Source of the DNA: Candidatus Latescibacterota bacterium
Lineage (GTDB): Bacteria > Latescibacterota > UBA2968 > UBA8231
Direction of reading: 5' to 3'
Assembly (NCBI GenBank): GCA_965217585.1
Contig: OZ244561.1
Coordinates: 2,816,001-2,880,000 of the forward strand
Length of the DNA: 64,000 bases
Position numbers and translations under genes: made by a program. This document shows positions 12,026 through 20,608 of the stretch, in pieces (the stretch's first letter is position 1; the number at the start of each line of letters is the position of its first letter). The notes under the pieces are model-generated. The model was not told the origin of the DNA. It searched no databases and worked only from the letters and a program-made list of their open reading frames with translations.

Positions 12026-14010
12026 TCGGTCACCTCTCTCAACAGTCGCATGATCTTCTCCTCCGCCTTCTTCAGATCCGCGTCAATCTGTTCCAGTGGC
12101 CGCGGCGGCGTGTACTTGTAGAAGTGGCGGTTGAAGTTGATCTCGTAGCCGACTTTGTCCTTGTCTCGGTCCATATAGGCGTCGGGGACATGAGGCGCTA
12201 CCTCGCGCTCGAAGTAGGCGTCGATGTCGTCTTTAAGCGGCACGTTCTCGAAGTCGCGCAGCGCGGTGTCAGGTTCGTAGCCTTTCTCCCGGCCATCTTT
12301 CCTGACCCGCTCGGCTTGCGGATCCTTCTCGGTGAAGACATCTCGGAAGAGCTTCTGTTCCGTCTTCTTCCAGCGCGATTGGCGCTCATGCAGGAGATCG
12401 GCGATGCTCTCCCACGTCGCATTCCAGTCGCACTTCGGCTCTCGTCCCAACGCCTTGTCTATGGCCTGCACATCGTCGAGCAAATACGGGCAGGCATCGA
12501 GAAAACGGGACTTGTCTTCTATGGTCATCTGGTAGCGCAAGCGCAGGGGTTGCTCCACGGTCACGCGTGTGTAGCCGAAGTCATCGTTGTCGAAAAGCTT
12601 GGAGCGTTCGCCATCCTCAAAGCGGCCATATAGCCGCACGATCTCCTCAATCTGCTCTGCGGCGATGTGGCGGCGCTTGTCGCCAAGGCTGCGCTTGTTG
12701 TCTTCACTCCCTCCCGCGGTCCACAAGTCGCGGGCGTCGAGAAGCTGGATTTTCCCCTGCCGCCGCTCCTCTTTGCGGTTGGTGACGATCCATACGTAGG
12801 TGCCGATGCCGGTGTTGTAGAACATCTGTTCCGGCAAGGCGATGATGGCTTCGAGCCAATCGTTTTCGATGATCCACTTGCGAATGTCGCTCTCGCCGGA
12901 GCCAGCACCGCCGGTAAAGAGCGGCGAGCCGCTGAACACGATGGCCAAGCGCGAGCCGTGCTTGTGCTCGTCTGGGCGTACTGGCTCAAACTTGTGGGTC
13001 ATATGCTGTAAGAAAAGCAGCGAGCCGTCATTCACTCGCGGGAGTCCAGCGCCGAAGCGGCCCTCGAATCCGAGCTTGTCGTGTTCTCTCTGGATATCAT
13101 TCTTCTGCCTCTTCCAGTCCACGCCGAAGGGCGGATTGGTGAGGAAATAGTCGAAGGTCTCACCCTCGAATTGATCGTCCGTAAGGCTGTCGCCGAAGCG
13201 GATGCTGTCGCCGCCGCCGTTGTGGTCAACCTGCTTCATCAACATGTCGGAGGCTGCGGTGGCAAAGGCGCGGTTGTTATAGTCCTGCCCATAGACGTAG
13301 AGCCGGGCAGCGCCGTGGTGCTCTCGCAGGTAGTTTTGCGCCTCGGCCAACATGCCGCCGGTGCCGCAAGCGGGGTCGAGGAGCTTACGCACGGTGCCGG
13401 GTGTGGCGAGCAGTTCGTCGTCGTGAATGAAGAGGATACTCACCATTAGCCGGATGACTTCGCGTGGCGTGAAGTGATCGCCCGCAGTCTCGTTCGCCAA
13501 CTCGTTGAAGCGGCGGATGAGATTCTCGAAGAGGAGTCCCATTTGCTCATTCGGAACTCTATCGGGGTGCAGGTCCACATCGCAGAACTTCGAGACGACG
13601 AGGTACAGAATGTTGGACTCGCGCATCTTCTCGATTTCGGTCTCAAAATCGAAACAGTCGAAGAAAATGCGGCGCACGTTGGCCGAAAAGCCTTGGATGT
13701 AGCTGACGAGGTGCGGGGCGATGTTGTCTGGATCGCCCTTGAGCTTCTCGAAATCGAGCGGCGAGTGGTTGTGGAAGCGCTGGCCGGCAGCCCTGTTCAG
13801 CCTAACGTCGAGTGCGTCGCCGTGGAGCCTGTCGCTCCAGCGGTCGTACTCGGACAAGACAGCGGACTTGGTCGGAGCGAGTACGCAGTCGAACCGCCGC
13901 AGCACGGTCATAGGCAGCATGACGCGCTCGTACTGCGGTGGGCGGTAGGGACCGCGCAGCAGGTCGGCGATCTGCCAGATCAGGTTGGCGAAGTAGCTGT
14001 GGTCAGGCAT
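12022..14010 (-). CDS. hsdM: Type I RM N6-adenine methyltransferase
   Basis: IWQIADLLRG, GDHFTPREVI, DPACGTGGML, NPPF, FYNTGI. Confidence 0.95.
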   Translation of the reverse strand: MPDHSYFANLIWQIADLLRGPYRPPQYERVMLPMTVLRRFDCVLAPTKSAVLSEYDRWSDRLHGDALDVRLNRAAGQRFHNHSPLDFEKLKGDPDNIAPHLVSYIQGFSANVRRIFFDCFDFETEIEKMRESNILYLVVSKFCDVDLHPDRVPNEQMGLLFENLIRRFNELANETAGDHFTPREVIRLMVSILFIHDDELLATPGTVRKLLDPACGTGGMLAEAQNYLREHHGAARLYVYGQDYNNRAFATAASDMLMKQVDHNGGGDSIRFGDSLTDDQFEGETFDYFLTNPPFGVDWKRQKNDIQREHDKLGFEGRFGAGLPRVNDGSLLFLQHMTHKFEPVRPDEHKHGSRLAIVFSGSPLFTGGAGSGESDIRKWIIENDWLEAIIALPEQMFYNTGIGTYVWIVTNRKEERRQGKIQLLDARDLWTAGGSEDNKRSLGDKRRHIAAEQIEEIVRLYGRFEDGERSKLFDNDDFGYTRVTVEQPLRLRYQMTIEDKSRFLDACPYLLDDVQAIDKALGREPKCDWNATWESIADLLHERQSRWKKTEQKLFRDVFTEKDPQAERVRKDGREKGYEPDTALRDFENVPLKDDIDAYFEREVAPHVPDAYMDRDKDKVGYEINFNRHFYKYTPPRPLEQIDADLKKAEEKIMRLLREVTE

Positions 14011-14090
14011 GAGTGCGTACGCTCAAAACAGGATTCAATCCGTATCAGGTGGGGGCAAAATTTCTTATCCGCGCTTCTGTCCATAGGCCG

Positions 14091-14477
14091 TCAAGGCTCC
14101 GAGAGGGATTCGACCTTTTCTTCAAGCCACGAGTTCAATTCGGTGAATCGGAATGAACTAGCTTCGAACATCCGCATGAAGAAGGCGTATGCCTTATCGT
14201 TGTCGCAGTTGATGAAGTGGCCGTTCATGCGCAGAAAGGTGTCGGTGACGAAAAAGGCGACCCGCTTATTGCCGTCCACGAATGCGTGATTGTTGGCTAG
14301 GCTCTCCATGAGAGCAGCCGCTTCTTGGATAAGCCCGTCGTAGTATCCAAGCTGGGGGCGCATGAGCGCAGAGGCGAGAGCACCTTCATCGCGGAGGCCC
14401 TGTGAGCCGCCAAATGCACTAATCAGGGCGTTGTGCATGGCGATGACTTCCTCGATGGTTGGGAAGTCATGGGTCAT
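14091..14477 (-). CDS. doc: Doc/Fic family toxin
   Basis: HAFVDGNKR motif, GLRDEGALASALMRP; 128 aa. Confidence 0.88.
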   Translation of the reverse strand: MTHDFPTIEEVIAMHNALISAFGGSQGLRDEGALASALMRPQLGYYDGLIQEAAALMESLANNHAFVDGNKRVAFFVTDTFLRMNGHFINCDNDKAYAFFMRMFEASSFRFTELNSWLEEKVESLSEP

Positions 14478-14704
14478 TTGGCCAACAATTCACCTAGGCG
14501 ACGATTTTTCTCGACACTGGCCTGAAAATGGGCCATAACCGAGGCCCGGCGCTTTTCCTGAGCGCGGTTTTCAACGTATTCCCGCATGGCCTCTTCCAGC
14601 ACCGCTTGGAAATGACGACCTTCCTTGCGGGCAATTTCGCGCACTGCGGCCAGCAACTCTGGCGAAGCCTGACTAGAAAATTTCTCTCGTAGCACAGCCA
14701 TCAC
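14474..14704 (-). CDS. Probable antitoxin (RHH-like) of Doc
   Basis: 76 aa, overlaps the doc start, ends RRLGELLAK as Doc partners often do. Confidence 0.7.
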   Translation of the reverse strand: MMAVLREKFSSQASPELLAAVREIARKEGRHFQAVLEEAMREYVENRAQEKRRASVMAHFQASVEKNRRLGELLAK

Positions 14705-14724
14705 TATACCCCCTTTTGTATCGT

Positions 14725-14765
14725 TATATAGAATTGTGGGAGCAATGTGTCAAGAAATATCTTGA
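14725..14765 (-). promoter_or_regulatory. Sigma70-like promoter with palindromic operator for the Doc TA operon
   Basis: Minus strand TTGACA (14753-14748), 17 nt, TATATA (14730-14725); palindrome TCAAGA-AATA-TCTTGA at 14750-14765. Confidence 0.55.
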
Positions 14766-14782
14766 TAGAAATGGGCAGAAAG

Positions 14783-15216
14783 CGTCGCAGAGCACCGCGA
14801 GAACCCGGACTGCGACGAGTGCGCGTGACCGTGCGAGGCCCGGCTGAGTTCCGCGCTGATTATGGCAGGGGCACGGCACCGGCCCGGCGGGTGTGGGGCG
14901 GTACTGATTAAATCCACATTCCCCGTCTAACTACGGGAGCCTCCGCGCTCGTCGAGCGAGCTTTGGCAGAACCCGGGTCTATTCACGGGGGGATACACCG
15001 CGCCCCTGCTGAGAATGGCGAACGGAAGAGACGCGAAGCCCTGTTGCTGATTCGCTGAGGAGCTTCCGGTGCTGAGTGGTTAGCCGCTATGTGGTTGAGC
15101 GGCTTTACCGGATAATTGGGTTATCATCCCTGAGGTCGCGCGTTACAGTGCGCGCCGCGTCTGGGCTATGCGCCGTCACCGGCGCAGTCGCACTTGCTTC
15201 CCTGTCTCTTCCGTTC
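14783..15216 (-). ncRNA. Candidate large structured ncRNA of unknown family downstream of the DIP1984-like gene
   Basis: No ORF. Perfect 13-bp helix 15204-15216/15020-15032; helix 14995-15009/14865-14879 extends via G-U only on the minus strand; 7-bp hairpin with GUGA (GNRA) loop 15169-15186; nested hairpins 15065-15112; terminal helix near 14783-14817. Confidence 0.65.
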
Positions 15217-15225
15217 TAGTTGTCT

Positions 15226-15762
15226 TTACTGTTCGTCAGCATATTCCACCTCTACCTCGAACGACGCGGCGCGGATCTGCCGATTGAGCTGGCGGAACTC
15301 GACGCGCGCCTCGTCGAGACGGGTGCGGCAGTCGTCGTAGGGCAACTCGTTGTCTTCGACGATGTCGCGTTCCTCTTTGTGGAGGACCCGCTCGTACGCG
15401 GAATCGACGACTTGGGTGTGTAGTTCTCCGAGGCGGTCGTTGAGCGCTTTGCGGGTCTCGAGGGCCTCAGTGAGGCTCATGTCGTCGCCCCCGTGTTCAA
15501 CGCGGTGCTCGAAGTTGGCACGCTGGATCGCGGCGTTCAGCTTGCGGCGTTTGAATTCGAGGGTGCGCAACTGGTCGCGTGCCTCGGAGACGCTGAATCC
15601 AGGTGCTGGCCGGCGCGAGAAGTCGTTGTCTCGACGGGGGAACAGATCTCGATTCTGGCGCGCCTCGGGCAGGCAGTCGCGCAGCGTCTTGATGCGGGCG
15701 TCGTACTCGCCGCGCAGTTCGAGGGCTTCGTAGAGTCTGATGGTATTTCTGGCTTCGGTCAT
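15226..15762 (-). CDS. DIP1984/septicolysin-like coiled-coil protein
   Basis: Internal duplication LYEALELR...LNAAIQRANF / LTEALETR...LNRQIRAASF; strong RBS AGGAGGTGA; family recognised by eye. Confidence 0.65.
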   Translation of the reverse strand: MTEARNTIRLYEALELRGEYDARIKTLRDCLPEARQNRDLFPRRDNDFSRRPAPGFSVSEARDQLRTLEFKRRKLNAAIQRANFEHRVEHGGDDMSLTEALETRKALNDRLGELHTQVVDSAYERVLHKEERDIVEDNELPYDDCRTRLDEARVEFRQLNRQIRAASFEVEVEYADEQ

Positions 15763-15986
15763 ACCTCACCTCCTTCTAGTTTCACCGGGAGATGAGTCGA
15801 AATTCGAGGGGACGTAGAACAGTCGCAACAGTTCAGCGACTTTTTTTGCGTGCGGGGGGAAAATTGCAATGCCGAAGAGCTCATTTGAGGGCAAAGAAGC
15901 TGTGATCTAGAAGAAAGGTCGCTAGTCAGCGAATTGTGGCCCGGTGCTCGTCAACCCTGACACGATTATTCCTGCAGAAGATGGTC

Positions 15987-16125
15987 TTATTGGCTTACAT
16001 GGATGAATTTGAACCATACATTGTCCAAGTGTCTGAAAATTGAATTCTGCGCGAGCCCGGATAGCCCACGGTGCTTTCCGGGTGAAACCGAGCAACAGAT
16101 TCGTGTCTAGGAGGAAACGTGTCAT
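15987..16125 (-). pseudogene. Internally deleted PIN-domain (VapC-like) gene
   Basis: N-terminus MTRFLLDTNLLLGF joined out of frame near 16040 to a PIN-like C-terminus FRHLDNVWFKFIHVSQ*. Confidence 0.55.
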
Positions 16126-16136
16126 AAAAATATCGC

Positions 16137-16824
16137 TCAATCGAGTTGGGCTAGGAGATCCTCGATGGGTTCATCGCCAGGCCATGTGCCCGCAAGCTCA
16201 ATAGGGTCAAAGCTCCCGATTTGCTTGCGTTGTACCGAGAACAGGTTATGCGATTTCTGGACCTCTATTGATGGCATTTCTTCGAAAACGACATCCTTTT
16301 CCAGCCGACCACTAATCCGGCGAGCCTCGATCAATCGCGGCTGCCCATTGGCCTTGAAATGCACCATTCCCTCAACGGTGGTCTGCTTGCCCCATAGAGG
16401 ACGCAAAGCCTCTACACTCAATGACGCGTCTAGCCGTCCAAAGAGTGCTGACTTCTGGCTCACTAGAAGGCGAAAGCGACCATTACCATGTTTGATCTCG
16501 ATGTTTGATCTCGTCAAGCCTGCCACTTACGATGAAAGACCTTGGAGTCGGGATGTCATTCAACCGCTCTTTGGCGTATGTGCAAGTAATGTCGTCCAGC
16601 GCGAATTGCCCATGCGCCGTGCCTTGAGGGATCATTTCATAGCGCACACCAGCAACTCCAGCCGCTTGCCTGAACTTGAGAATCGCTTCGAGAACCGAAC
16701 TGTCGAAATAGTCTCCAATTGGATTGTCGGTCTGGGTCTCATTGATCGATTGAGCGACCAGATCGAGCGCAGTTTCGTCTTCTTTCAGGCCGCTGATGCG
16801 GAGTTGGTAGTGTTGTGTTTTCAT
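16137..16824 (-). pseudogene. Hypothetical protein frameshifted by a 13-bp tandem duplication
   Basis: ATGTTTGATCTCG twice (16488-16500, 16501-16513). Removing one copy fuses ORFs 16483-16836 and 16137-16526 into ...SGRLDEIKHGNGRFRLL... Confidence 0.7.
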
Positions 16825-16872
16825 GGCGGGGCTCACTTTCCTAAGTTGCTGAGGTCCATTTCAAGAATAATA

Positions 16873-18633
16873 TCACTCCCGGATCGCTATGTGCAACTCC
16901 CGCAACTGCTCAGGCGACACTTCTCCCGGAGCGCCCATGAGCGGGTCCTGCGCATTCTGGTTCATCGGGAAGGCGATGACCTCCCGTATGTTCGGTTCGT
17001 CCGCCAGCAGCATGACGATACGGTCGATGCCGGGTGCGATGCCGCCGTGAGGCGGAGCGCCGTAGCGCAAGGCGCGGATCATGCCTCCGAACCTGCGATC
17101 CACTTCCCGCCGCGAGTGTCCGGCTATCTCGAACGCCTTGTACATGATGTCTGGTCTGTGATTGCGGATGGCACCGCTCGACAGTTCGAGGCCGTTGCAG
17201 ACGATGTCGTACTGATATGCCTTGATCTCCAGCGGCGGTTGGCTCTCCAGAGTAGCCATGCCACCCTGTGGCATGGAAAACGGATTGTGCGAAAAGGCCA
17301 CGCAAGCGCGTTCTGCGTCCCATTCGTACATGGGAAAATCGACGACCCAGCAGAATTCATAGCAGCCCTCCCGCCGCAAATCGAGCCGGTCTGCCAGGTG
17401 TAGGCGCAACCGTCCCGCTAGGGCCGCGGCCTCGGCTGGTGGCCCGGCTATAAAGAAAATGGCTGATCCCGGAACGGCTGCACACTTTTCGATAATGCGA
17501 CTACGCACGCTTTGTTCTAGGGCCGCGGCGATTGAGCCTGTGGCCTGTGCTCCGTTGATGAGGTACGCCAGTCCCTTGCCGCCCGCTTCTTTGACGAATG
17601 CTTCGAGGCTGTCGAAAAACGAGCGCGGCTGCGCCTCTAGCTCGGGAACGCACAGGGCGCGGACGACCCCTCCTGCTGCGACGATGTCCCTGAACAGCCT
17701 GAACGAAGATTCTGCGAAGATCGCGGAGAGATCTTGGATTTCGAGCCCGAAGCGCAGGTCTGGTTTGTCCGTGCCGAACCGCAGCATGGCGTCGGCGTGG
17801 GAGAGACGCGGGAACGGCGGCGCGGTCACTTCCCAATCGGTGAACTCGCGAAAGAGACCGGAAAAGAGTTCCTCGACCACAGCAAAGACATCCTCCTGCT
17901 CGACAAAGGCCATCTCGAAGTCGAGCTGGTAGAATTCGCCGGGGGAGCGGTCAGCGCGGGCATCTTCGTCGCGGAAGCAGGGCGCGATCTGGAAATAGCG
18001 ATCGAAGCCGGATACCATCAGCAACTGCTTGAACTGCTGCGGTGCCTGCGGCAGCGCGTAGAAGTGGCCGGGATAGAGCCGGCTTGGCACGAGGTAATCG
18101 CGCGCGCCTTCGGGTGAGCTGTTGGTGAGAATGGGCGTCTGGAACTCGGCAAAGCCCATGCCCGTCATGCGCCGTCTGATGCTGGCGATCACGTCCGAGC
18201 GGAGCTGAATGCGGCGGTGCAGCCCGGCCCGACGCAGGTCGAGGAAGCGATAGGACAATCGGGTGCTCTCGCCCACTTCGGGATCTTCGGCCACGGAAAA
18301 GGGGAGCGGCTCCGCCGACGAGAGCACTTCCAACTCGCGGACGGCGATTTCCACCTCTCCGGTTTTCATGGCGCTGTTGATGGTCGCAGGCGACCGTTCG
18401 CGTACGTCGCCTACGATGCGGATTACGGATTCGCGCGGGATTTTTGCCGCGGTTGCCGCAGCGTCATTCTCCGGCGAGATCACGAGCTGGGTGATGCCGT
18501 AGTGGTCGCGCAGATCTAGGAACAGTACGCCTCCGTGGTCCCTGCGGCGGTGGATCCAGCCGCTCAGGCGAATGGTTTGGCCGGCGTGGCGCTGGCGGAG
18601 TTCGCCACAGGTGTGCGTGCGATAGCGGTGCAT
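16873..18633 (-). CDS. aspS: Aspartate--tRNA ligase, probably non-discriminating Asp/Asn type
   Basis: [55 protein letters not shown]. Confidence 0.96.
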   Translation of the reverse strand: MHRYRTHTCGELRQRHAGQTIRLSGWIHRRRDHGGVLFLDLRDHYGITQLVISPENDAAATAAKIPRESVIRIVGDVRERSPATINSAMKTGEVEIAVRELEVLSSAEPLPFSVAEDPEVGESTRLSYRFLDLRRAGLHRRIQLRSDVIASIRRRMTGMGFAEFQTPILTNSSPEGARDYLVPSRLYPGHFYALPQAPQQFKQLLMVSGFDRYFQIAPCFRDEDARADRSPGEFYQLDFEMAFVEQEDVFAVVEELFSGLFREFTDWEVTAPPFPRLSHADAMLRFGTDKPDLRFGLEIQDLSAIFAESSFRLFRDIVAAGGVVRALCVPELEAQPRSFFDSLEAFVKEAGGKGLAYLINGAQATGSIAAALEQSVRSRIIEKCAAVPGSAIFFIAGPPAEAAALAGRLRLHLADRLDLRREGCYEFCWVVDFPMYEWDAERACVAFSHNPFSMPQGGMATLESQPPLEIKAYQYDIVCNGLELSSGAIRNHRPDIMYKAFEIAGHSRREVDRRFGGMIRALRYGAPPHGGIAPGIDRIVMLLADEPNIREVIAFPMNQNAQDPLMGAPGEVSPEQLRELHIAIRE

Positions 18634-18644
18634 GGTAATCTCCT

Positions 18645-18686
18645 AAAAACAGAAAACCCGCCGCGATGCGTGTTCGCGACGGGTTT
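18645..18686 (-). terminator. Intrinsic terminator (attenuator 3:4 helix) upstream of aspS
   Basis: Minus strand AAACCCGTCGCGA-ACACGCA-TCGCGGCGGGTTT then TCTGTTTTT, just 5' of the aspS RBS AGGAG. Confidence 0.8.
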
Positions 18687-18715
18687 GGATTCTCAGATTG
18701 GGTTGGAGTCAGTCG

Positions 18716-18784
18716 TCAGAACACGCGCAATGAGGCCAGCGGGTTATTATTATTCTGCGTGCGGTCATTCTGACGAGTCATCAT
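18716..18784 (-). CDS. Asn-rich leader peptide of aspS (MMTRQNDRTQNNNNPLASLRVF)
   Basis: 22-codon ORF with AAT AAT AAT AAC run, followed by antiterminator and terminator. Confidence 0.75.
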   Translation of the reverse strand: MMTRQNDRTQNNNNPLASLRVF

Positions 18785-18792
18785 GGTCGTCT

Positions 18793-18820
18793 AAGATAGA
18801 GGAACGCCGAATTCCGTCAA
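18793..18820 (-). promoter_or_regulatory. Sigma70-like promoter of the aspS leader
   Basis: Minus strand TTGACG, 16 nt, TATCTT, then 8 nt to the leader ATG. Confidence 0.5.
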
Positions 18821-18871
18821 GCCGAGCTAGGCCGCGCTTGCTGGCCCCGTGCGCTTGCTTTGAGAATCCAA

Positions 18872-18901
18872 TGTGACTACAATTATCTCAATGTAGTTAC
18901 A
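18872..18901 (+). promoter_or_regulatory. Inverted-repeat operator of the phd/vapC operon
   Basis: TGTGACTACA-N10-TGTAGTTACA (9/10 match) just before the RBS. Confidence 0.55.
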
Positions 18902-18912
18902 AGGAGATCGCA

Positions 18913-19179
18913 ATGAACGCATCCGTACGCGACCTGAAGAGCAGGTTGTCGCGCTACCTTCAGCAAGTCCAGCGGGGAGAGACGGTCGTCGTAACTTCGA
19001 GGGGGAAGCCCATCGCCCGCCTCGTGCCGCTGCCGTCCCTCCCGTTGGAAGAGCGGCTGGCAACCTTGCCGGGGGTCAATGCCGGGACGGGGGAAAAACC
19101 GAGAGGTGCGACGCACCCCGTGCGCGTCAAACCCGGAGAGAAAAGCGTTGCGGACATCGTGGTGGAAGAGCGACGGTGA
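18913..19179 (+). CDS. Phd/YefM family antitoxin
   Basis: SVRDLKSRLSRYLQQVQRGETVVVTSRGKPIARLVP. Confidence 0.9.
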   Translation: MNASVRDLKSRLSRYLQQVQRGETVVVTSRGKPIARLVPLPSLPLEERLATLPGVNAGTGEKPRGATHPVRVKPGEKSVADIVVEERR

Positions 19180-19676
19180 TCCTCTTTCTCGACACATCGG
19201 CTCTCGTCAAGCTGTACGTCGAGGAGGCCGACTCCGATACGGTGCGTGGCTGGGTGGATGTGGCCGAGGAAATCGCCTGCCAATGGCTCGCATACGTGGA
19301 GGCGCGATCCGCTTTGGCTGCCAAACGGCGTTTGGGCGACCTGTCCGATGCAGAGTTGGCGGGATGCAAGAAGGAGCTGGAGCAGGATTGGGAGCGATAT
19401 CACCGTGTCGCGGTCACCCAGACCCTGCTGCGACGAGCCGGTGCTCTGAGCGAGCAACTCGGCGTACGCGCCTATGACAGTGTTCACCTTGCGGGGGCTG
19501 AGTATCTGCAATCCTCGCTAGGAGTGCCGATAACCTTCGGGTCCTTCGACCGCCGACAGGTCGATGCTGCCGCCCGGCTTGGAATGCCCATCGCACCGGT
19601 CGATGACGATCCGGACAAGGGCGAAGGCAATAGCCAAACCCTAACTAGCCCCCCAACAAAAGGACAACTCCCATGA
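19176..19676 (+). CDS. vapC: VapC/PIN toxin
   Basis: LFLDTSALVKLYVEE, RAYDSVHLA, SFDRR; GTGA overlap with the antitoxin. Confidence 0.88.
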   Translation: MILFLDTSALVKLYVEEADSDTVRGWVDVAEEIACQWLAYVEARSALAAKRRLGDLSDAELAGCKKELEQDWERYHRVAVTQTLLRRAGALSEQLGVRAYDSVHLAGAEYLQSSLGVPITFGSFDRRQVDAAARLGMPIAPVDDDPDKGEGNSQTLTSPPTKGQLP

Positions 19677-20527
19677 GCGGCCTCACCTCCGACCAACTCG
19701 ACTTCTACCGCACCGAAGGCTACCTCCTCGTCGAGGATGTCATCGACCCCGCTGTCTTCGACCTCCTTATCGCCGAAATCGACGCCATTGTCGATACCAC
19801 CGCTCAGCAGGCCCATGCTGCCGGCGAACTGTCCGATCTGCACGCGGACCTGCCCTTTGCCAAGCGCTTGGTCCACATCCACTCCCAGTTGGCCGACCCC
19901 GCCCCGCTGTTGGGCCAAGTCAACGGCAAACTCAAAACCGAGGGCATGTTCGCCATTTTGACCCAACCGGCGCTGCTCGACATTGTCGAATCCGTGATCG
20001 GCCCCGAAATACTGGCGCACCCGCAATTCAATCTGCGCGCCAAATTGCCCAACCAAGACGCCACTGTGGTGCCTTGGCATCAAGACCTGGGCTATTTACA
20101 GCCCGACGCCGAAGAGACCTTCATGGTCAATTTTTGGATTCCCTTGGTCGATGCCACTCCTGAAAATGGCTGCATGGAAGTCATTGCCGGCAGCAACCGC
20201 GCCCCGCTCATCGGCCACGAGCACGGCTTAGGTCCTGGTGCCAATTTCAAAGGCATCACCGATCAGTACCTGCCTCCCGGCGAGCAAGTTAGCTGCCCGG
20301 TCAAAGTCGGCGGCGTGTTGCTCATCCAGCACAAGACCATCCACCGCTCTATCCCCAACCACTCCGACCACATCCGCTGGAGCCTCGACCTGCGCTACAG
20401 CGACCCGGCTCAGCCCAGCGGCCGCGACGGCGTCCCCGGCTTTATCACCCGCAGCCAAGCTCACCCCGATTCAGTGGCCCAAAGCGTGGAGGAGTGGCTG
20501 GCCTTGTTCGAGACCGCTGTTCCATAA
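19673..20527 (+). CDS. PhyH-family dioxygenase
   Basis: FYRTEGYL, VPWHQD, WIPLVDATPENGCM, HRSIPNHSDHIRWSLDLRY. Confidence 0.9.
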   Translation: MSGLTSDQLDFYRTEGYLLVEDVIDPAVFDLLIAEIDAIVDTTAQQAHAAGELSDLHADLPFAKRLVHIHSQLADPAPLLGQVNGKLKTEGMFAILTQPALLDIVESVIGPEILAHPQFNLRAKLPNQDATVVPWHQDLGYLQPDAEETFMVNFWIPLVDATPENGCMEVIAGSNRAPLIGHEHGLGPGANFKGITDQYLPPGEQVSCPVKVGGVLLIQHKTIHRSIPNHSDHIRWSLDLRYSDPAQPSGRDGVPGFITRSQAHPDSVAQSVEEWLALFETAVP

Positions 20528-20608
20528 TCGGAGTGCCAATAGGCTCCACTTGGCACTGGAGCAACTCACAGCGTCTTAAAGAAACCTCACTCCTTTTTGG
20601 AGAATCCC

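Noticed and set aside
15020-15216. Retron msr-msd, suggested by the 13-bp terminal inverted repeat and the nearby PtuAB-like genes
   Set aside because: No reverse transcriptase ORF in the window, no long msd-like hairpin, and the structure continues for another ~240 nt. A trans-acting RT cannot be fully excluded.
16165-17403. 412-aa plus-strand ORF, and similarly 6247-7575
   Set aside because: Antisense shadows of aspS/pseudogene and hsdR in GC-rich DNA, with no recognisable motifs.
18634-18790. T-box riboswitch upstream of aspS
   Set aside because: No UGGNACC T-box bulge or long stem I; the leader is short and better explained by a uORF attenuator.
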